Of a DNA stretch of 64,000 nucleotides, positions 52,796 to 63,991 are shown piece after piece; positions within the stretch are counted from its first letter, which is position 1, and each line of letters begins with the position of its first letter. The DNA is from a virus. Its lineage: Duplodnaviria; Heunggongvirae; Uroviricota; Caudoviricetes. The stretch lies in the IMG/VR virus record IMGVR_UViG_3300021400_000028, positions 106,250 through 170,249 of that record; one strand, 5' to 3'. Below the pieces are notes generated by a model. That model was not told where the DNA came from, did no database searches, and saw nothing but the letters and a program-made list of their open reading frames with translations. A program made the position numbers and the translations under genes.

Positions 52796-53899
52796 TTAGG
52801 CTAATAGTTTCAGTACACCCTGAAGGTATTCTCCAATCTCCACCAGAGCACTATTGTCTTTGAACTCGTCAAACTCCCCACGACATAAGGATTGACTGAT
52901 ATGAAATGTGTTATACTTGTAGTTCTCAGGAGAACAAAAGAACATGCAGAGCTTACTGAGGTGCTCGTTGATATCTTTCTTCGTTGTCGGAAGAAAAATT
53001 TTCCACTTCGTTTCTCTGCGTTCTATTTCTTCGTCGGATGCGGAGTTGGAGACAAGAGTCCACAGCAATTTCGAGGCGACCTTTTCGTTGATTTTGTCAA
53101 TGCGTTTTTTCAAAAGGGTTTCGTATTCCTCTTTCGTGATGTCCACCATCTTGCCGTTTCTTTCAGTCTGGTAGATATTGATGTCCACCTTCTTTCCGTC
53201 GGGCGTAATGAGATACAGGATACCCCTTGTGTCAAAGTCTCCGTTTCTCTTGTCGGAAAGAAAGGACTGCGCATAAATAACGTACTTGCCTTTCTCCGGT
53301 GAATATGGCATCTTGATAGGGAACATCTCGTCAAGAAATCCCGTCCACGAGCAATATGTATCAGAAGGGTCCTCAATGTTAACATAGTATGCCCTATCGT
53401 TATCATAATAGGTCACTTTGCCGTCAAGGGTTTCGTCCCGGAATAGTGAAAACATACGTGTGCATTGTAGTGACGACTTAAGACCGCGATTCATGAGGCT
53501 CTCTTCCGATTCGTATGATTCATTTCCGTTAGCGAAGAAATCCTCGTCCGTAATCGGCGTCAGCGGCTGACCGTTCATAAGCCTGATAAGGATGTTTTTG
53601 GTAAATCCGAAACTTGCGCCGGAGTGATCGTCGTTCATAAGGCTCTTATAAGCCTTCAAGGCGGACTTGTAGCAGGAACAACCATAGTCCCAGGCGTTCG
53701 GGTCATCGAAGTTGAAATTCGGGTTTTCTTTTTTGCAGGCAATTCTACACTCTTGCTCTGCCCATTCATACATTCTCATAGTTATATCTCCTTTTCTTTC
53801 TCTTTTAGGCTTTCGCCGGGTAGAACTTCTTGTGTCCATCAGCTGTGAGTTGAGGCACCATATCCCCATACATTTCACGGAGATCGAAGCCAAACTCAT
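52796..53899 (-). CDS. hypothetical protein (GC-richer module; real start probably at internal MRMYEWAEQE)
   Basis: 367-aa uninterrupted ORF, no TGA. Confidence 0.4.
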   Translation of the reverse strand: MSLASISVKCMGIWCLNSQLMDTRSSTRRKPKRERKGDITMRMYEWAEQECRIACKKENPNFNFDDPNAWDYGCSCYKSALKAYKSLMNDDHSGASFGFTKNILIRLMNGQPLTPITDEDFFANGNESYESEESLMNRGLKSSLQCTRMFSLFRDETLDGKVTYYDNDRAYYVNIEDPSDTYCSWTGFLDEMFPIKMPYSPEKGKYVIYAQSFLSDKRNGDFDTRGILYLITPDGKKVDINIYQTERNGKMVDITKEEYETLLKKRIDKINEKVASKLLWTLVSNSASDEEIERRETKWKIFLPTTKKDINEHLSKLCMFFCSPENYKYNTFHISQSLCRGEFDEFKDNSALVEIGEYLQGVLKLLA

Positions 53900-55013
53900 T
53901 CATTTTGTCAAGGAAGAATGTCTTTTCTTCATCAGTAGCGGGACGATAAAAGTTCTCGTTCTCATCATAACGAGGGCCATAGAATCCATTGAGCCATTCG
54001 TTCATATGAAGGCCCATTTCATTATCCCAGTCGAAATAGTCATAAATACAGACGCTATTCTCGCCAATCACAACTTTTGCGACCATCAAAAGGTTGCCGT
54101 ACTTTGTTGCAAGGATGTCCCCTGACTTTGCCTTGCGAATAAAATTTGGAATGTACATATTCGTTTTGGTTTTTATAAAAAGGGCGCGGCCACTAAACTG
54201 CTATGTGGAATCGGCGAGGTGTAAGCAGTATCTCCATTCCGATAACCTCCGCGCCCGTAATTCAATTCTTTGGTATCAAGATATAATCCTTGACAAGTTC
54301 TTCAAGATGTTCTTCCGTCCAAACAGGTTCGTGAGCATCAACGGACTGTATGTACCACGAGATTAAATGTGATAGGCTTACTCCTTGTCCAGCCATCCAC
54401 TCTGCTCCGGCTTTGAAGGCATCTACAAAATCTTCCTTCATTACTTCTGGCTTATTTTTAGAAAGCCCTTCGTCCCAAAAGTGTATGGCATGTGAGTATT
54501 CTTTTCTGCCATATTCTTCTGCCGCCTCGTCAAGATTGGAAGGAAGGGGAGATTGTAACTTTTCAAGTCTTTCCATCCCAGTAAGTTCCTCTCCTTTTAA
54601 AAGTTTACGAAGACCATTAAGAGACTCTCGTACATTTCTGTCTTGACAAGTTTCTCCAGTCTTTTTATTGAGATCAATATTGATATTGTTCTGAATTCTC
54701 AAAGTGTTCTCTACATTTTCAAGAAACCAACGAGGAACAATAATGTTATCTTCTTGTGTCATACTACATTGAGTTTAATAACTTAATTACACCATCTAAT
54801 GCATCACGTCTGCCAAAGTTGAAATGATCGAGTTCCTCTAAAGTTTTCCCGTATATAGTGACTCCGTACTTTTTAATTTCATTTAATTTCTCTAACAGAG
54901 TGTCCTTACGAATATATTCTGAAAAATTTGGAAGTTGTTTTAATGATATTTTCGTAATACAATCGTTTACAACAGCTAAATCATCAATATAAACTTTGTC
55001 TGGTGCTTCCATA

Positions 55014-55241
55014 TTAATCTTTCTTTTTAGAACACCTACAATCCGGGTCGTGTACTACTCCATTCGTCATATTTGTATGACCAAATATTAAGTATGTATG
55101 ATCATTATACTCATAAGTGCTAACATCTAATTTTTCGTCATTAGAATTTACCGGAGTTGCCCATCCGTCCATATGTACTTTCATAAAGTCACAAGATGAA
55201 AGCATCATACAAAAAACAGCTATTAATATTATCTTTTTCAT
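55014..55241 (-). CDS. small lipoprotein
   Basis: Signal peptide plus lipobox MMLSSCDF. Confidence 0.45.
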   Translation of the reverse strand: MKKIILIAVFCMMLSSCDFMKVHMDGWATPVNSNDEKLDVSTYEYNDHTYLIFGHTNMTNGVVHDPDCRCSKKKD

Positions 55242-55243
55242 GG

Positions 55244-56251
55244 TTATTTCTCCTTTCCTGCGTTAAGCCCAAGTTCATAGAAGTGGCGGGCGATTAATAA
55301 AACGGGACTTTCTTTACTCTCAATAAATTCTTTTGATTGGACAAACTTAATTGCTTCTTTCTCCAAATCCACCTCCGGATGCTTATCATCATTCCTACTG
55401 TAATAGAAATATAGAGCGAGTTCACGCAAGTCTTCTTCACTCCAGGCTTTTGCGCCAAGTTCGGCATCCTTTCTTTCAAGAAATTCTGCGAACTTAACTT
55501 CAAAATCTATCTCCGGCTGCTCCTGCTGGATATATTTCGCAACAGATGGCAAATTATAACCGTCCGGGGTCTTAACTATCCAAGAACCTACTGGAACTTC
55601 GTAGTAGCTCCCGTCCTTACAGAAGAGTTTCAGTATGTCATTGTGAGTATGCACATAGTTCTCATATTCTTCCCAGGAGTTAAACCACTCTCCAAACCTT
55701 GGACTCTTACCCGTAAAATCAATAACTTCTTTAAGATTACTTCCGGTCCATTGTATCATGTTATTCGGATGCTCCTGTTGAAGATATTTATGTAATCTTT
55801 CTGCTGCCTCTTGTGGAGTGTGACCGTCCCATTCATCAGCAAACTCTTTTTCTGGAACTTTAAATAAATCCCAATCTTTAAGTTCGTAGTGATTAGAAAC
55901 CTGACCAGTAGGAAGTTCTGCCATGACGATGAACCAGCCACCGCCGAAACACTCTTCTCCGTCGTGATGCTTTTTGCTTTTGTGTACCCACTCTTTAGGT
56001 AAGAGGTTGAAGAATGCGACATTATAAAGCATCCGGTAATAGTAAAGCTCGTTGAAAGTATGATAACCATCTGAAACTTCACCCATCTCTTGCTCCTGCT
56101 GGAGAGAGGTAATGAGGGCAAGAATACTATCATAAACTCCATTTTGAATAGCGCAATCTCGTCTTGCTTGTTCAATATTGGATAGAAGTATGAGCTTTCT
56201 TTGTTGCCTTTCTATCTCGGCCTTCAGTTTTTCTGCGTCAATGTATTTCAT
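55244..56251 (-). CDS. paralogue-family protein A1 (N-terminal MKYIDAEKLKAEIE)
   Basis: 335 aa; N-terminus shared with 56285..56719 and 56844..57218. Confidence 0.4.
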   Translation of the reverse strand: MKYIDAEKLKAEIERQQRKLILLSNIEQARRDCAIQNGVYDSILALITSLQQEQEMGEVSDGYHTFNELYYYRMLYNVAFFNLLPKEWVHKSKKHHDGEECFGGGWFIVMAELPTGQVSNHYELKDWDLFKVPEKEFADEWDGHTPQEAAERLHKYLQQEHPNNMIQWTGSNLKEVIDFTGKSPRFGEWFNSWEEYENYVHTHNDILKLFCKDGSYYEVPVGSWIVKTPDGYNLPSVAKYIQQEQPEIDFEVKFAEFLERKDAELGAKAWSEEDLRELALYFYYSRNDDKHPEVDLEKEAIKFVQSKEFIESKESPVLLIARHFYELGLNAGKEK

Positions 56252-56284
56252 ATCTTACTCTCTTTTTCAATTCCACAAATAAGC

Positions 56285-56719
56285 TTACGCTCCTTTCATA
56301 AAAGTTTTGAAATCTTTAACCGCTTGTCCATAAAAGACATTCACTATAGTTTCGCCAAGTTTATTTCCATATTCATCCTCATCAGTTAATTCATAATATT
56401 TTGATAAATTATTTTCCAACCAACTAATAGCCTTTTCAATAAAAGCTTGCTTTTGCCAAAGATTAAACCTTTCAGGAAGGACTTTGAGCCAAGAATACCA
56501 AACGGAACGATAGTCTCCTTTTTCTTCAAGATATTTAAGTAATTCATTTCTCTTCCACTCATCTTCTTCACTCCATTCCGCGGACTGCTCGAAAGAGGTA
56601 ATAAAGAAGAGGACATTATCGTATTCTTCTGCCATACTGTGAAAGTTATGGTCAGAAAGTTCTTCTTGCCGTTTTTCTATCCAATCAGTAAGTTTCTTTG
56701 TGTCAATGTATTTGTTCAT
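56285..56719 (-). CDS. paralogue-family protein A2 (MNKYIDTKKLTDWIE)
   Basis: 144 aa. Confidence 0.4.
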   Translation of the reverse strand: MNKYIDTKKLTDWIEKRQEELSDHNFHSMAEEYDNVLFFITSFEQSAEWSEEDEWKRNELLKYLEEKGDYRSVWYSWLKVLPERFNLWQKQAFIEKAISWLENNLSKYYELTDEDEYGNKLGETIVNVFYGQAVKDFKTFMKGA

Positions 56720-56843
56720 AATTCTTTTTATTAAAAGAGGTGAAATAAATCATTTAATTACAGGCCTCCGTTTCAGCTCAGACCTATTGTGTCAGCATAC
56801 AACAGTCCAATAGGATACGGTATATATTTATTCCACCTTAAAA

Positions 56844-57218
56844 TTATATTTCATGGATAGACAATTCGACTTCAATTGGTTCATCTTCCCAGGTAAGTTT
56901 GGGTATCATATCCTTATATCCGATATATCCACGATCAGCGTGACTAGTCCATTCGTTACCCAACCGATGCGGATATTCACCTTGAAACAGAAAGAGGCAT
57001 CCGTCTTTATTCCGTGCTACCCATCCGTGTGTTGATGCTTGCTCCTGCTGGAGGGAGTCGATAATGCGTAAAACATTTTCGTATTGTAATACTATTGCAT
57101 CCCATTTCGTACAATCAGATGATGTTCCGGTTTCTCCTGCAAAACGGGCTTTTTCCTTGGCATCAAGATATTTTTTTTCTATTTTCTCTTTCAGTTTTTC
57201 TGCTGGAATGTAGTTCAT
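56844..57218 (-). CDS. paralogue-family protein A3 (MNYIPAEKLKEKIE)
   Basis: 124 aa. Confidence 0.4.
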   Translation of the reverse strand: MNYIPAEKLKEKIEKKYLDAKEKARFAGETGTSSDCTKWDAIVLQYENVLRIIDSLQQEQASTHGWVARNKDGCLFLFQGEYPHRLGNEWTSHADRGYIGYKDMIPKLTWEDEPIEVELSIHEI

Positions 57219-57427
57219 AAGTTATAGTTTTATGCGTTGATATACTAAATCAAAAGTTATTTTATTATTTCCAGTCAATAGAGCAATGTCAAACGTCAAA
57301 GATAGATTTGGATCATCTTGCATCGCAAGAGTTAAATCTTTTAATCCTTGAATATAAGTTTGTACAATATATTCGACATCTTCTTTGGAAAGTTAGTGTA
57401 TAAGTTCTTTATTAATCATAAACTAAA

Positions 57428-58681
57428 TTAATTTTGAAGATCTGTTAATAGAGAATTAAGAACCTCTTTATTATAAGTGCCTCCTTTACCAAGTGTATAT
57501 TTCAAAGCCTCTATCTGTTCTTCGCTTGGTTTCCAATGAGTATCAGATACAAGTATAGGATGTGTAATAAGCAATTCTAATACCGCTATCTCGTTTGTAA
57601 AATCCTCTCCATCGTAGCAATTGTGTTCTTTACGCAAATAGTCCAGTGTCCGTTTAAGACAAATAATTTCTTTTTCACTTAAACTTGGAAGAACATCTTG
57701 TTTTGGCTGTGAACGAAGAGATTTGAGAAACTCAATATCATTCAAAACTGTTCTTGCAACTACTGGAGTATTATAAGGAATATAATCAACGCCATGATTT
57801 ACGGAATAATCTTTTAGCAATTCTTTATAACTCTCAATAATTGAATTGAGGTGTTCTTCATCCTCTTCGCTCCACTCTTGTTTACTTGGTTTTTGATATT
57901 CAAGAGTCTTTTTAAGCCAATCATAATCTTCTTCAAGAGCCATAAATTTATAGCCGTGTTTGCGATACCAAGTATTAGCAGGACTATTCTGTTTTACTTT
58001 TAAAAGAATATTTGTTGCTCCTATTGTTTCAGCAACTTTTTCTGCAGCTGCAAGTATTTTTGTGCCAAATCCTTTATTACGACTTGTTTCTTCTACAAAG
58101 ACATTAGAGAGGTACAATACATCATTTTCATCTTTATAAGTATAAAATGCAAATCGTGTTCGTAAATATTCTTCACGATAATCCTCATTCCAATCTGTAG
58201 ACTTTGGATTCTCTTTTGCAAGTCTTTTAAGAATTATTTTAGCCTCGTTGACATTGTTATAGGCATCCTCTACACCTTTTGCATATCCGCGGTTGTGAAT
58301 ATCCCTAGCATTCTCTATAGGCTTCTGCTCTTTCTTCACTATCCGATTTTTCAGATTCTTAAGCCATTCTCTTTCGGACGGCTTCAAGTCACCTTCTTCA
58401 CACATAGCTTTTACCTTCGCGTCATCTTCTTCTGTCCATGCACCATCAGGCTTTTTCTGCTTTTCAAGATAATCAAGAAGTTCATCTCTATTATTAGGAA
58501 TTGGAACTACTTCTCCAGTGTTTTGAATAAGATCAATAAGTTGATTAATTATTCTTTTATCCTCATTGTCCTTGAGTTCAGGAAATAAATCAGGCATAAG
58601 AACAGTATAACCATCATTCATATATTTTTTAGCCTTTTCTAAAGCTTCATCGTATGCTTTTGCTTTTTCTTCTGTTGTCAT
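57428..58681 (-). CDS. multidomain protein containing a GNAT N-acetyltransferase domain
   Basis: GNAT motif A ETSRNKGFGTKILAAAEKVA in the middle of a 417-aa ORF. Confidence 0.5.
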   Translation of the reverse strand: MTTEEKAKAYDEALEKAKKYMNDGYTVLMPDLFPELKDNEDKRIINQLIDLIQNTGEVVPIPNNRDELLDYLEKQKKPDGAWTEEDDAKVKAMCEEGDLKPSEREWLKNLKNRIVKKEQKPIENARDIHNRGYAKGVEDAYNNVNEAKIILKRLAKENPKSTDWNEDYREEYLRTRFAFYTYKDENDVLYLSNVFVEETSRNKGFGTKILAAAEKVAETIGATNILLKVKQNSPANTWYRKHGYKFMALEEDYDWLKKTLEYQKPSKQEWSEEDEEHLNSIIESYKELLKDYSVNHGVDYIPYNTPVVARTVLNDIEFLKSLRSQPKQDVLPSLSEKEIICLKRTLDYLRKEHNCYDGEDFTNEIAVLELLITHPILVSDTHWKPSEEQIEALKYTLGKGGTYNKEVLNSLLTDLQN

Positions 58682-59105
58682 ATTATTCCCAAATTACTTC
58701 TACTGTGATCAATCCATTTTCATTATCCCACTTGCATGTTTTACAAACATCAACAAAATTATTATCAGGATACATTTCGGACAAGATTTCACTAATTTCA
58801 TAAGGATGTATTTCAGCGGCATGTAGCATTAATGCATTGACACTTCCCATAAACCAGGCTTGTTCTACGTCCGGTTCATCATCAAATGTAAAAAACATAA
58901 CGCCACTCCGCACATATGTTACCGTCAGTTTTTTCCAACGCATTTTTTCACCATCGTAATGCCAGAATTTCCTGTCAACCTTAATATATTTCTTAGCAGC
59001 ATTATCGTTCTTACAAAACAATTCATATAAACAAGTATCAAATACTGTGTGACTATAATCCCTGTTTATAAAATCAAGGATTTGCTGTTCTACATCATTC
59101 ATATT

Positions 59106-59498
59106 TTAAATCAAGTTTTCAAGACAATATTTAATAGCCGCTTCACAGGCTTCTTCGTAACTGTTAAACCAGTCCCATTGCATTTTACTTGGAATGGGAA
59201 TTTCCTGTTTTTGAATGAATACTTCATATCCCCAATTTTTATCACTGCCTATTACAGTATTGATACCAATGAAAAGATTATGAGTTTTTCTCAACCACTT
59301 CATTGTCATTTGAAGTGTTGGGGCATGAATACACCCAATAAGCCCATCACTATAGTATATTGAAATTGGAGAGTCAAAAAATTTTATTTTTTCTGGCGTT
59401 TCAGATAAAGTATAATAGTAGCCAATAGTGTCTTCGTCAAATCCTTTCTTTTTCAAAAGTTTTGCCGTTTCAAAACTGACGTAATCTTCGGTAATCAT
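59106..59498 (-). CDS. paralogue-family protein B1 (MITEDYVSFETAKLLK...EEACEAAIKYCLENLI)
   Basis: 130 aa; near-identical termini to 62456..62842. Confidence 0.4.
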   Translation of the reverse strand: MITEDYVSFETAKLLKKKGFDEDTIGYYYTLSETPEKIKFFDSPISIYYSDGLIGCIHAPTLQMTMKWLRKTHNLFIGINTVIGSDKNWGYEVFIQKQEIPIPSKMQWDWFNSYEEACEAAIKYCLENLI

Positions 59499-60163
59499 AT
59501 GTTATCATTCAAATATTTAATGAATTTTTCTATAATATAATTCGACATATCATCGGGGTGTTCAAATCCCTTCTTCTTCAACTCATTTTTCAATTCCGAG
59601 TCTGTGTCTGCCCATAATCCCAATTCATTTCTAATCCATCTGCCAAGAGAATCGTGCATTGAAATTGCGCCGTTTTCGAGAAAATAATCCCTGTCTTCTT
59701 TTGAAACTATCTTAGCCAAGGTTTTTACTGCCTCATCAACGGTTTTTGGAATGGGTATCTCGGGTTCTTCTTCATTATACATCCCCTCAGGTGCTTCAAG
59801 AGCAAGTCCCATAGGAATTAACCCACGATAATCAAACATGTTCTTATTAAGCCAATCAACATCTTCGCCATAATTTCCTAATCTTATATTATCCAATTCA
59901 TCTTGTTCATCATCTGTCATGGAAGACATTTGACGGAGATATGGCTTTAATACAATATTATCATTGACAAAATCACTGATGATATCAGTATTAAGTGTTT
60001 TTTTTACTGTAACGTCACGCACTTGATTAACAGGCATGCTTATACCGTTATTCATTGGTTTTAGTTCCCTGACTACACCTTTTTTGGTAATACTGCATTT
60101 TACCTTATAAGGTAATCTTGCACAAAGGTCTATAAACAGTAGTTGTTTTTCTTCCTGTGTCAT
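59495..60163 (-). CDS. paralogue-family protein C1 (MTQEEKQLLFIDLCARLP)
   Basis: 222 aa; paralogue of 63103..63453. Confidence 0.4.
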   Translation of the reverse strand: MTQEEKQLLFIDLCARLPYKVKCSITKKGVVRELKPMNNGISMPVNQVRDVTVKKTLNTDIISDFVNDNIVLKPYLRQMSSMTDDEQDELDNIRLGNYGEDVDWLNKNMFDYRGLIPMGLALEAPEGMYNEEEPEIPIPKTVDEAVKTLAKIVSKEDRDYFLENGAISMHDSLGRWIRNELGLWADTDSELKNELKKKGFEHPDDMSNYIIEKFIKYLNDNI

Positions 60164-60603
60164 ATTTTAATCTCTTTCATAAAAAGTTTCTAATTCCTCC
60201 GCCTTTACGTATTCATTAAAAAGCTCTTTTTCTTCGTTTGTTATAGTTCAATATCCCTCACCGAAGTTCAACTCAGTTACTTTTTCACCGTCCAGTTTAA
60301 GTATAATATAGTAATTACCGTTTTTGTGTTCCCAGGATAACTTCAGATTATCTTTGAGGTACTGTTTAATTTCTTCTTTAGTCATATTATATTGAGTTTA
60401 GTTTGTCAATAACGACATTTATGAATTGTACGTACGGGTGAGTTTCATCGGGATACTTTATCTTCTCTGTTTTCGTCCACTCCAGTAAAATATCCTTACG
60501 AACATATTCAATATCGTCTGGTGCATTTTTAGTTTTAAGAATCGCAGCACTCACAAAGTCTATTTTATTTGGAATATAAATTTTATCTGGTGCCATAGTT
60601 ACT

Positions 60604-61042
60604 TTAATCGAAAATTGTTTGTCCATACTCTTGTTCACGGCCAGAATCGTCTCCGATCGGATTATCCCATCCATATTTTATAGCAGTCGCCTTAAACAAT
60701 GGAAGTCCATACATTGCATAATCGAAATCTGGCCAGTTTTCCAGACCCTCTTCCAGGATGCGATTCCATTTTAACACAATATCAAACATAAGGCTGGATG
60801 ATATCCCGCGCTGATCAAGTGCTTTTTCAAACCCAAATTCAACATCTTTTTTCAGCTGAGCAAGAATGTTCTCTTTTGTCCACGCTACGGGAACATGAAC
60901 TTTTACATACTCCTCTCCAAATTCGAAGCCTATCTGAATGGCTTGCTCGACCGTTAAGAACTGGCACAGGCGGACTCCAAATCTATCGTCCAGCGGGGTC
61001 TCTCAATCTTTATAATTTTCAAGAATTTCGTTGATTGTTTTC
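60604..61042 (-). CDS. hypothetical protein (1 in-frame TGA)
   Basis: Hand translation MKTINEILENYKDWETPLDDRFG... continues into track ORF 60604..60789. Confidence 0.4.
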
Positions 61043-61686
61043 ATATTATTCTTCCTTTCTTACATTACAGCCTAATCAGATCTGCTGCCTCTTTTAGTTT
61101 GTGAAAATCGTAGAGTGCTATTGAAGCATCTGTATATGATTGTATCTGTTTCCATTTATGAAACCAGTTTTTTCGAACATAAATTGCAAAGGTGCCAGGT
61201 CTATCAAGTCTGTAATTATTTGCTTTACAATCTTCTGAAAAGTCTATTTTAACTTGCATAATTAGTCTTTCTTTCTTATATTAAAACTTAATATAGTTTT
61301 TATATTTACTTCCGCAGCATTTTGCATATAACAATCAGTATGAAGCATCAGCTGTCCATCGTGGTTTAATAAGTAATGAACTGGAGCATTAACGTCTCCA
61401 ATTCCAACACATATCTTTACATCATCAGGAATATGTTTAAGATATAATTTTAATTGAGCTACGGTTAACTGAGGACCTTTGTCGTAATCCATATTTATTT
61501 CTACTTTCTTTTATTCATTATACATTAATTATAGCATTTCTGAACGTTCATTGTATTTCTTTTTAGCATATTTGATTGCTTCTGAAACATCTTCATATTT
61601 AGTAATAATTGGAATATTCACCCAACTTACGTGATCAACTATTAATTTTAAAACTTTTATTCATAATTTGACTTCATTTGTTTTAG

Positions 61687-62411
61687 TAGCCCCGGCCGGA
61701 GTCGAACCGGCACGACCATTTCTGGTCGAGGGATTTTCGTACCACTATAGTTTTCACTACCAAAGTCTTATTCACAGTATCATAGCAAATAGCTTCTCTG
61801 CTCCTAAGTATTTAAAATAAGTAACTTGTTTGTGGTCTGGACTCTATCTTAACCATATTGAAATCTTGCAAGATTATAACGACTCATTCCAAAGATTACT
61901 CACGGTTGACTCTTTTCGCCAGTTATAAATTTCAACTTAGGTTCCTCCTGTAGTAGTCTCTACACACTGTCTAATAGATTACATTAACGATAAACGTTTC
62001 AATTAAGTTCACTTATTAGGAACTGTTCTATCAGTGACATTGGCTCGGTATTAGCATATATTATAACTCTCAGCAATCACCTGATACTTTAAGGGTTTAC
62101 CCGTCTGTACAATTACTTGTCATCGACACGCTACAGTACTTAGCTTTCACCGAATTAGGGAGGTTCTACATCTAAAGTTTCCTTTAGTGCACTCAAATTA
62201 TACTTTAAGTAGAGAAATATCGTAGGTTGCGTACCTTATTACGTTGGACTTTCACCAACATCCTACCTAGCTCATCATTCGTCAATGAAGTATTGCGATA
62301 TTTCTCCCATATGAACATATAGTCAAGTTGCGAACTTGAATAAATGCGCTATATATTCACATGTTTAGTAACGTTAAAGTCCCTTGTGTCTACCTATTCC
62401 ACCACGAGGCC
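61687..62411 (-). tRNA. tRNA-Leu(TAA) gene interrupted by a group I intron in the anticodon loop (5' exon 62377..62411, intron 61738..62376, 3' exon 61687..61737)
   Basis: 5' exon GGCCTCG TG GTG GAATAGGTAGA CAC A AGGGA CTT. 3' exon AAAA TCCCT CGACCAGAAATGGTCG T GCCGG TTCGACT CCGGC CGGGGCT A. Joined they give anticodon loop CTTAAAA, a type II variable arm and Leu-type D-arm. The intron starts after U34, ends in G, and carries an R-like GTAGAGACTAC and S-like AAGATAGAGTCC. Confidence 0.7.
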
Positions 62412-62455
62412 ATATAATAATATTAATACATATTTGTTATTCTATTTTATTAAAT

Positions 62456-62842
62456 TTAAATCAAATTTTCAAGACAGTATTTAATTGCTGCCTCACAAGC
62501 TTCTTCATAAGAATTATAGAACTTGCAATCGCCACCTTCATTTGCAAATCTATCAAGACGAGAAACATTGAAGTGGTAATGATTTGCAATTACGGCTTCT
62601 TCATCTTGAACATCTTGGTTTAAAACAACCTCTATATGAAGTTTATGTTCTTTTCTCAACCACTTTCTTGCCATTTGGAGGGTTGGAGCATCAAGGTATT
62701 TTTCAGGATGTCTTGCCCTATCAGTTATGTTATAATCACCAACAATTTTATCGCTGTTAAATTGTTTATCCGTACTATCATTAAAACCCTTTTCTTTCAA
62801 GAGTTTGGCTGTTTCAAAACTTACATAATCCTCAGTGATCAT
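62456..62842 (-). CDS. paralogue-family protein B2
   Basis: 128 aa; paralogue of 59106..59498. Confidence 0.4.
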   Translation of the reverse strand: MITEDYVSFETAKLLKEKGFNDSTDKQFNSDKIVGDYNITDRARHPEKYLDAPTLQMARKWLRKEHKLHIEVVLNQDVQDEEAVIANHYHFNVSRLDRFANEGGDCKFYNSYEEACEAAIKYCLENLI

Positions 62843-63102
62843 TTCTTTCTATTTAATCATTAAACACTGTAAATCCGGTTGAATCAATAGAAATCACCTT
62901 ACTTCCATTAATAGTAAATGGAATTTTTGCTTTTTCGAGTTTCTCAACAAAGTACTTAACTGCTTTTTCCTGCTTAAATTCAATCACCAATCCTTGCTCC
63001 GGAGCAACTGAAAGATTGTTAATATCTTTAACAAGAACTCGATTTTTTTGATAATGAATAATTGCTTGCATATTCTAAAAGTTAAAATTCTACTATAATC
63101 GT

Positions 63103-63453
63103 TTAATACATTCCTTCAGGCGCTACAAGAGCTAATCCCATAGGAATGAGACCGCGAAAATCAAGATGATGAGAAAGAACATAATCAAGAGCGTCTTCAT
63201 TACAAGGAAATAATCCTTCGTAACAATTTATTGCTCTATATTCATTTTCCTCTTCCTCAGTCATACTAGATAGAGGACGAAGATAGGGTTTAAAGTCTTC
63301 TCTTTCAGAATATTCAAGAAAGTGAGCAAACCCATCTATTTCATTCGGCTCAAAAATATGATCAGTGTTATCACAATATCTGTGTACAGTGAACCCATGA
63401 GGTAGCCTTGCACAAAGATCCTTTAATAAAAGTTGCTTTTCATTCTGTGTCAT
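63103..63453 (-). CDS. paralogue-family protein C2
   Basis: 116 aa (MTQNEKQLLLKDLCARLP). Confidence 0.4.
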   Translation of the reverse strand: MTQNEKQLLLKDLCARLPHGFTVHRYCDNTDHIFEPNEIDGFAHFLEYSEREDFKPYLRPLSSMTEEEENEYRAINCYEGLFPCNEDALDYVLSHHLDFRGLIPMGLALVAPEGMY

Positions 63454-63674
63454 AGCGATTCGATTTTGTCAATTAGTCTTTTAAGCATTTTACGCTTTCC
63501 AAGCGAAGTAAATGAGTCACTTACTAACTTTTCTTCTTGCTCTTTCGTCCACTCAAGCAGAACGTCCTTGCGGATGTACTCAACAGAACCCCCTATAACA
63601 AACTCACATAATTCATAAATGGATTCTGCTTCAATATTATGTTGAGGCACATAAATCTTATCTGGTGCATTCAT
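63450..63674 (-). CDS. paralogue-family protein D (APDKIY...EYIRKD.LLEW)
   Basis: Shares motifs with 60387..60674 and 54764..55012. Confidence 0.4.
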   Translation of the reverse strand: MNAPDKIYVPQHNIEAESIYELCEFVIGGSVEYIRKDVLLEWTKEQEEKLVSDSFTSLGKRKMLKRLIDKIESL

Positions 63675-63991
63675 TTGCTTTCCTTCTTTGTTCCATCAAG
63701 AACTTTTGCTATGTCTTCTCTAATCTCACTAAGAAAATCTTCAAAACAGATATCGTTGCACTTGTTGTTGGCTATAACGACATCTACCTTATCGAGGATT
63801 TCTTCAAGTTGGGAGGAACAATCTGCCAAGCAAATCACATATTTTTCTCTATAATTGGTAGAACGATAGAATTTGCAGTGGCGATGACAATCGTGTGAAT
63901 TAACTTTAGTAGTCCACAAACCAGACTTGTGTCCGTAGGGACAGTCTGTTTTTGCAAATACTCCGTCTGATATGTATTTTATCTTTGCCAT
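63671..63991 (-). CDS. Cys/His-rich putative zinc-binding protein
   Basis: 106 aa with CPYGH...HDCHRHC...CLADC...CNDIC. Confidence 0.4.
   Translation of the reverse strand: MAKIKYISDGVFAKTDCPYGHKSGLWTTKVNSHDCHRHCKFYRSTNYREKYVICLADCSSQLEEILDKVDVVIANNKCNDICFEDFLSEIREDIAKVLDGTKKESK

Noticed and set aside
61687-62411. tmRNA-like interpretation of the T-arm/acceptor at 61687-61715
   Set aside because: The matching 5' half with a Leu-type D-arm and anticodon stem is found ~640 nt away; the split tRNA plus group I intron explanation fits all parts
1950-63898. All plus-strand ORFs on the track (e.g. 13476..14030, 20573..21139, 40527..40994, 52379..52804)
   Set aside because: Each lies antisense inside a better-supported minus-strand gene or a tRNA, has low-complexity AT-rich translations and no motifs; treated as spurious
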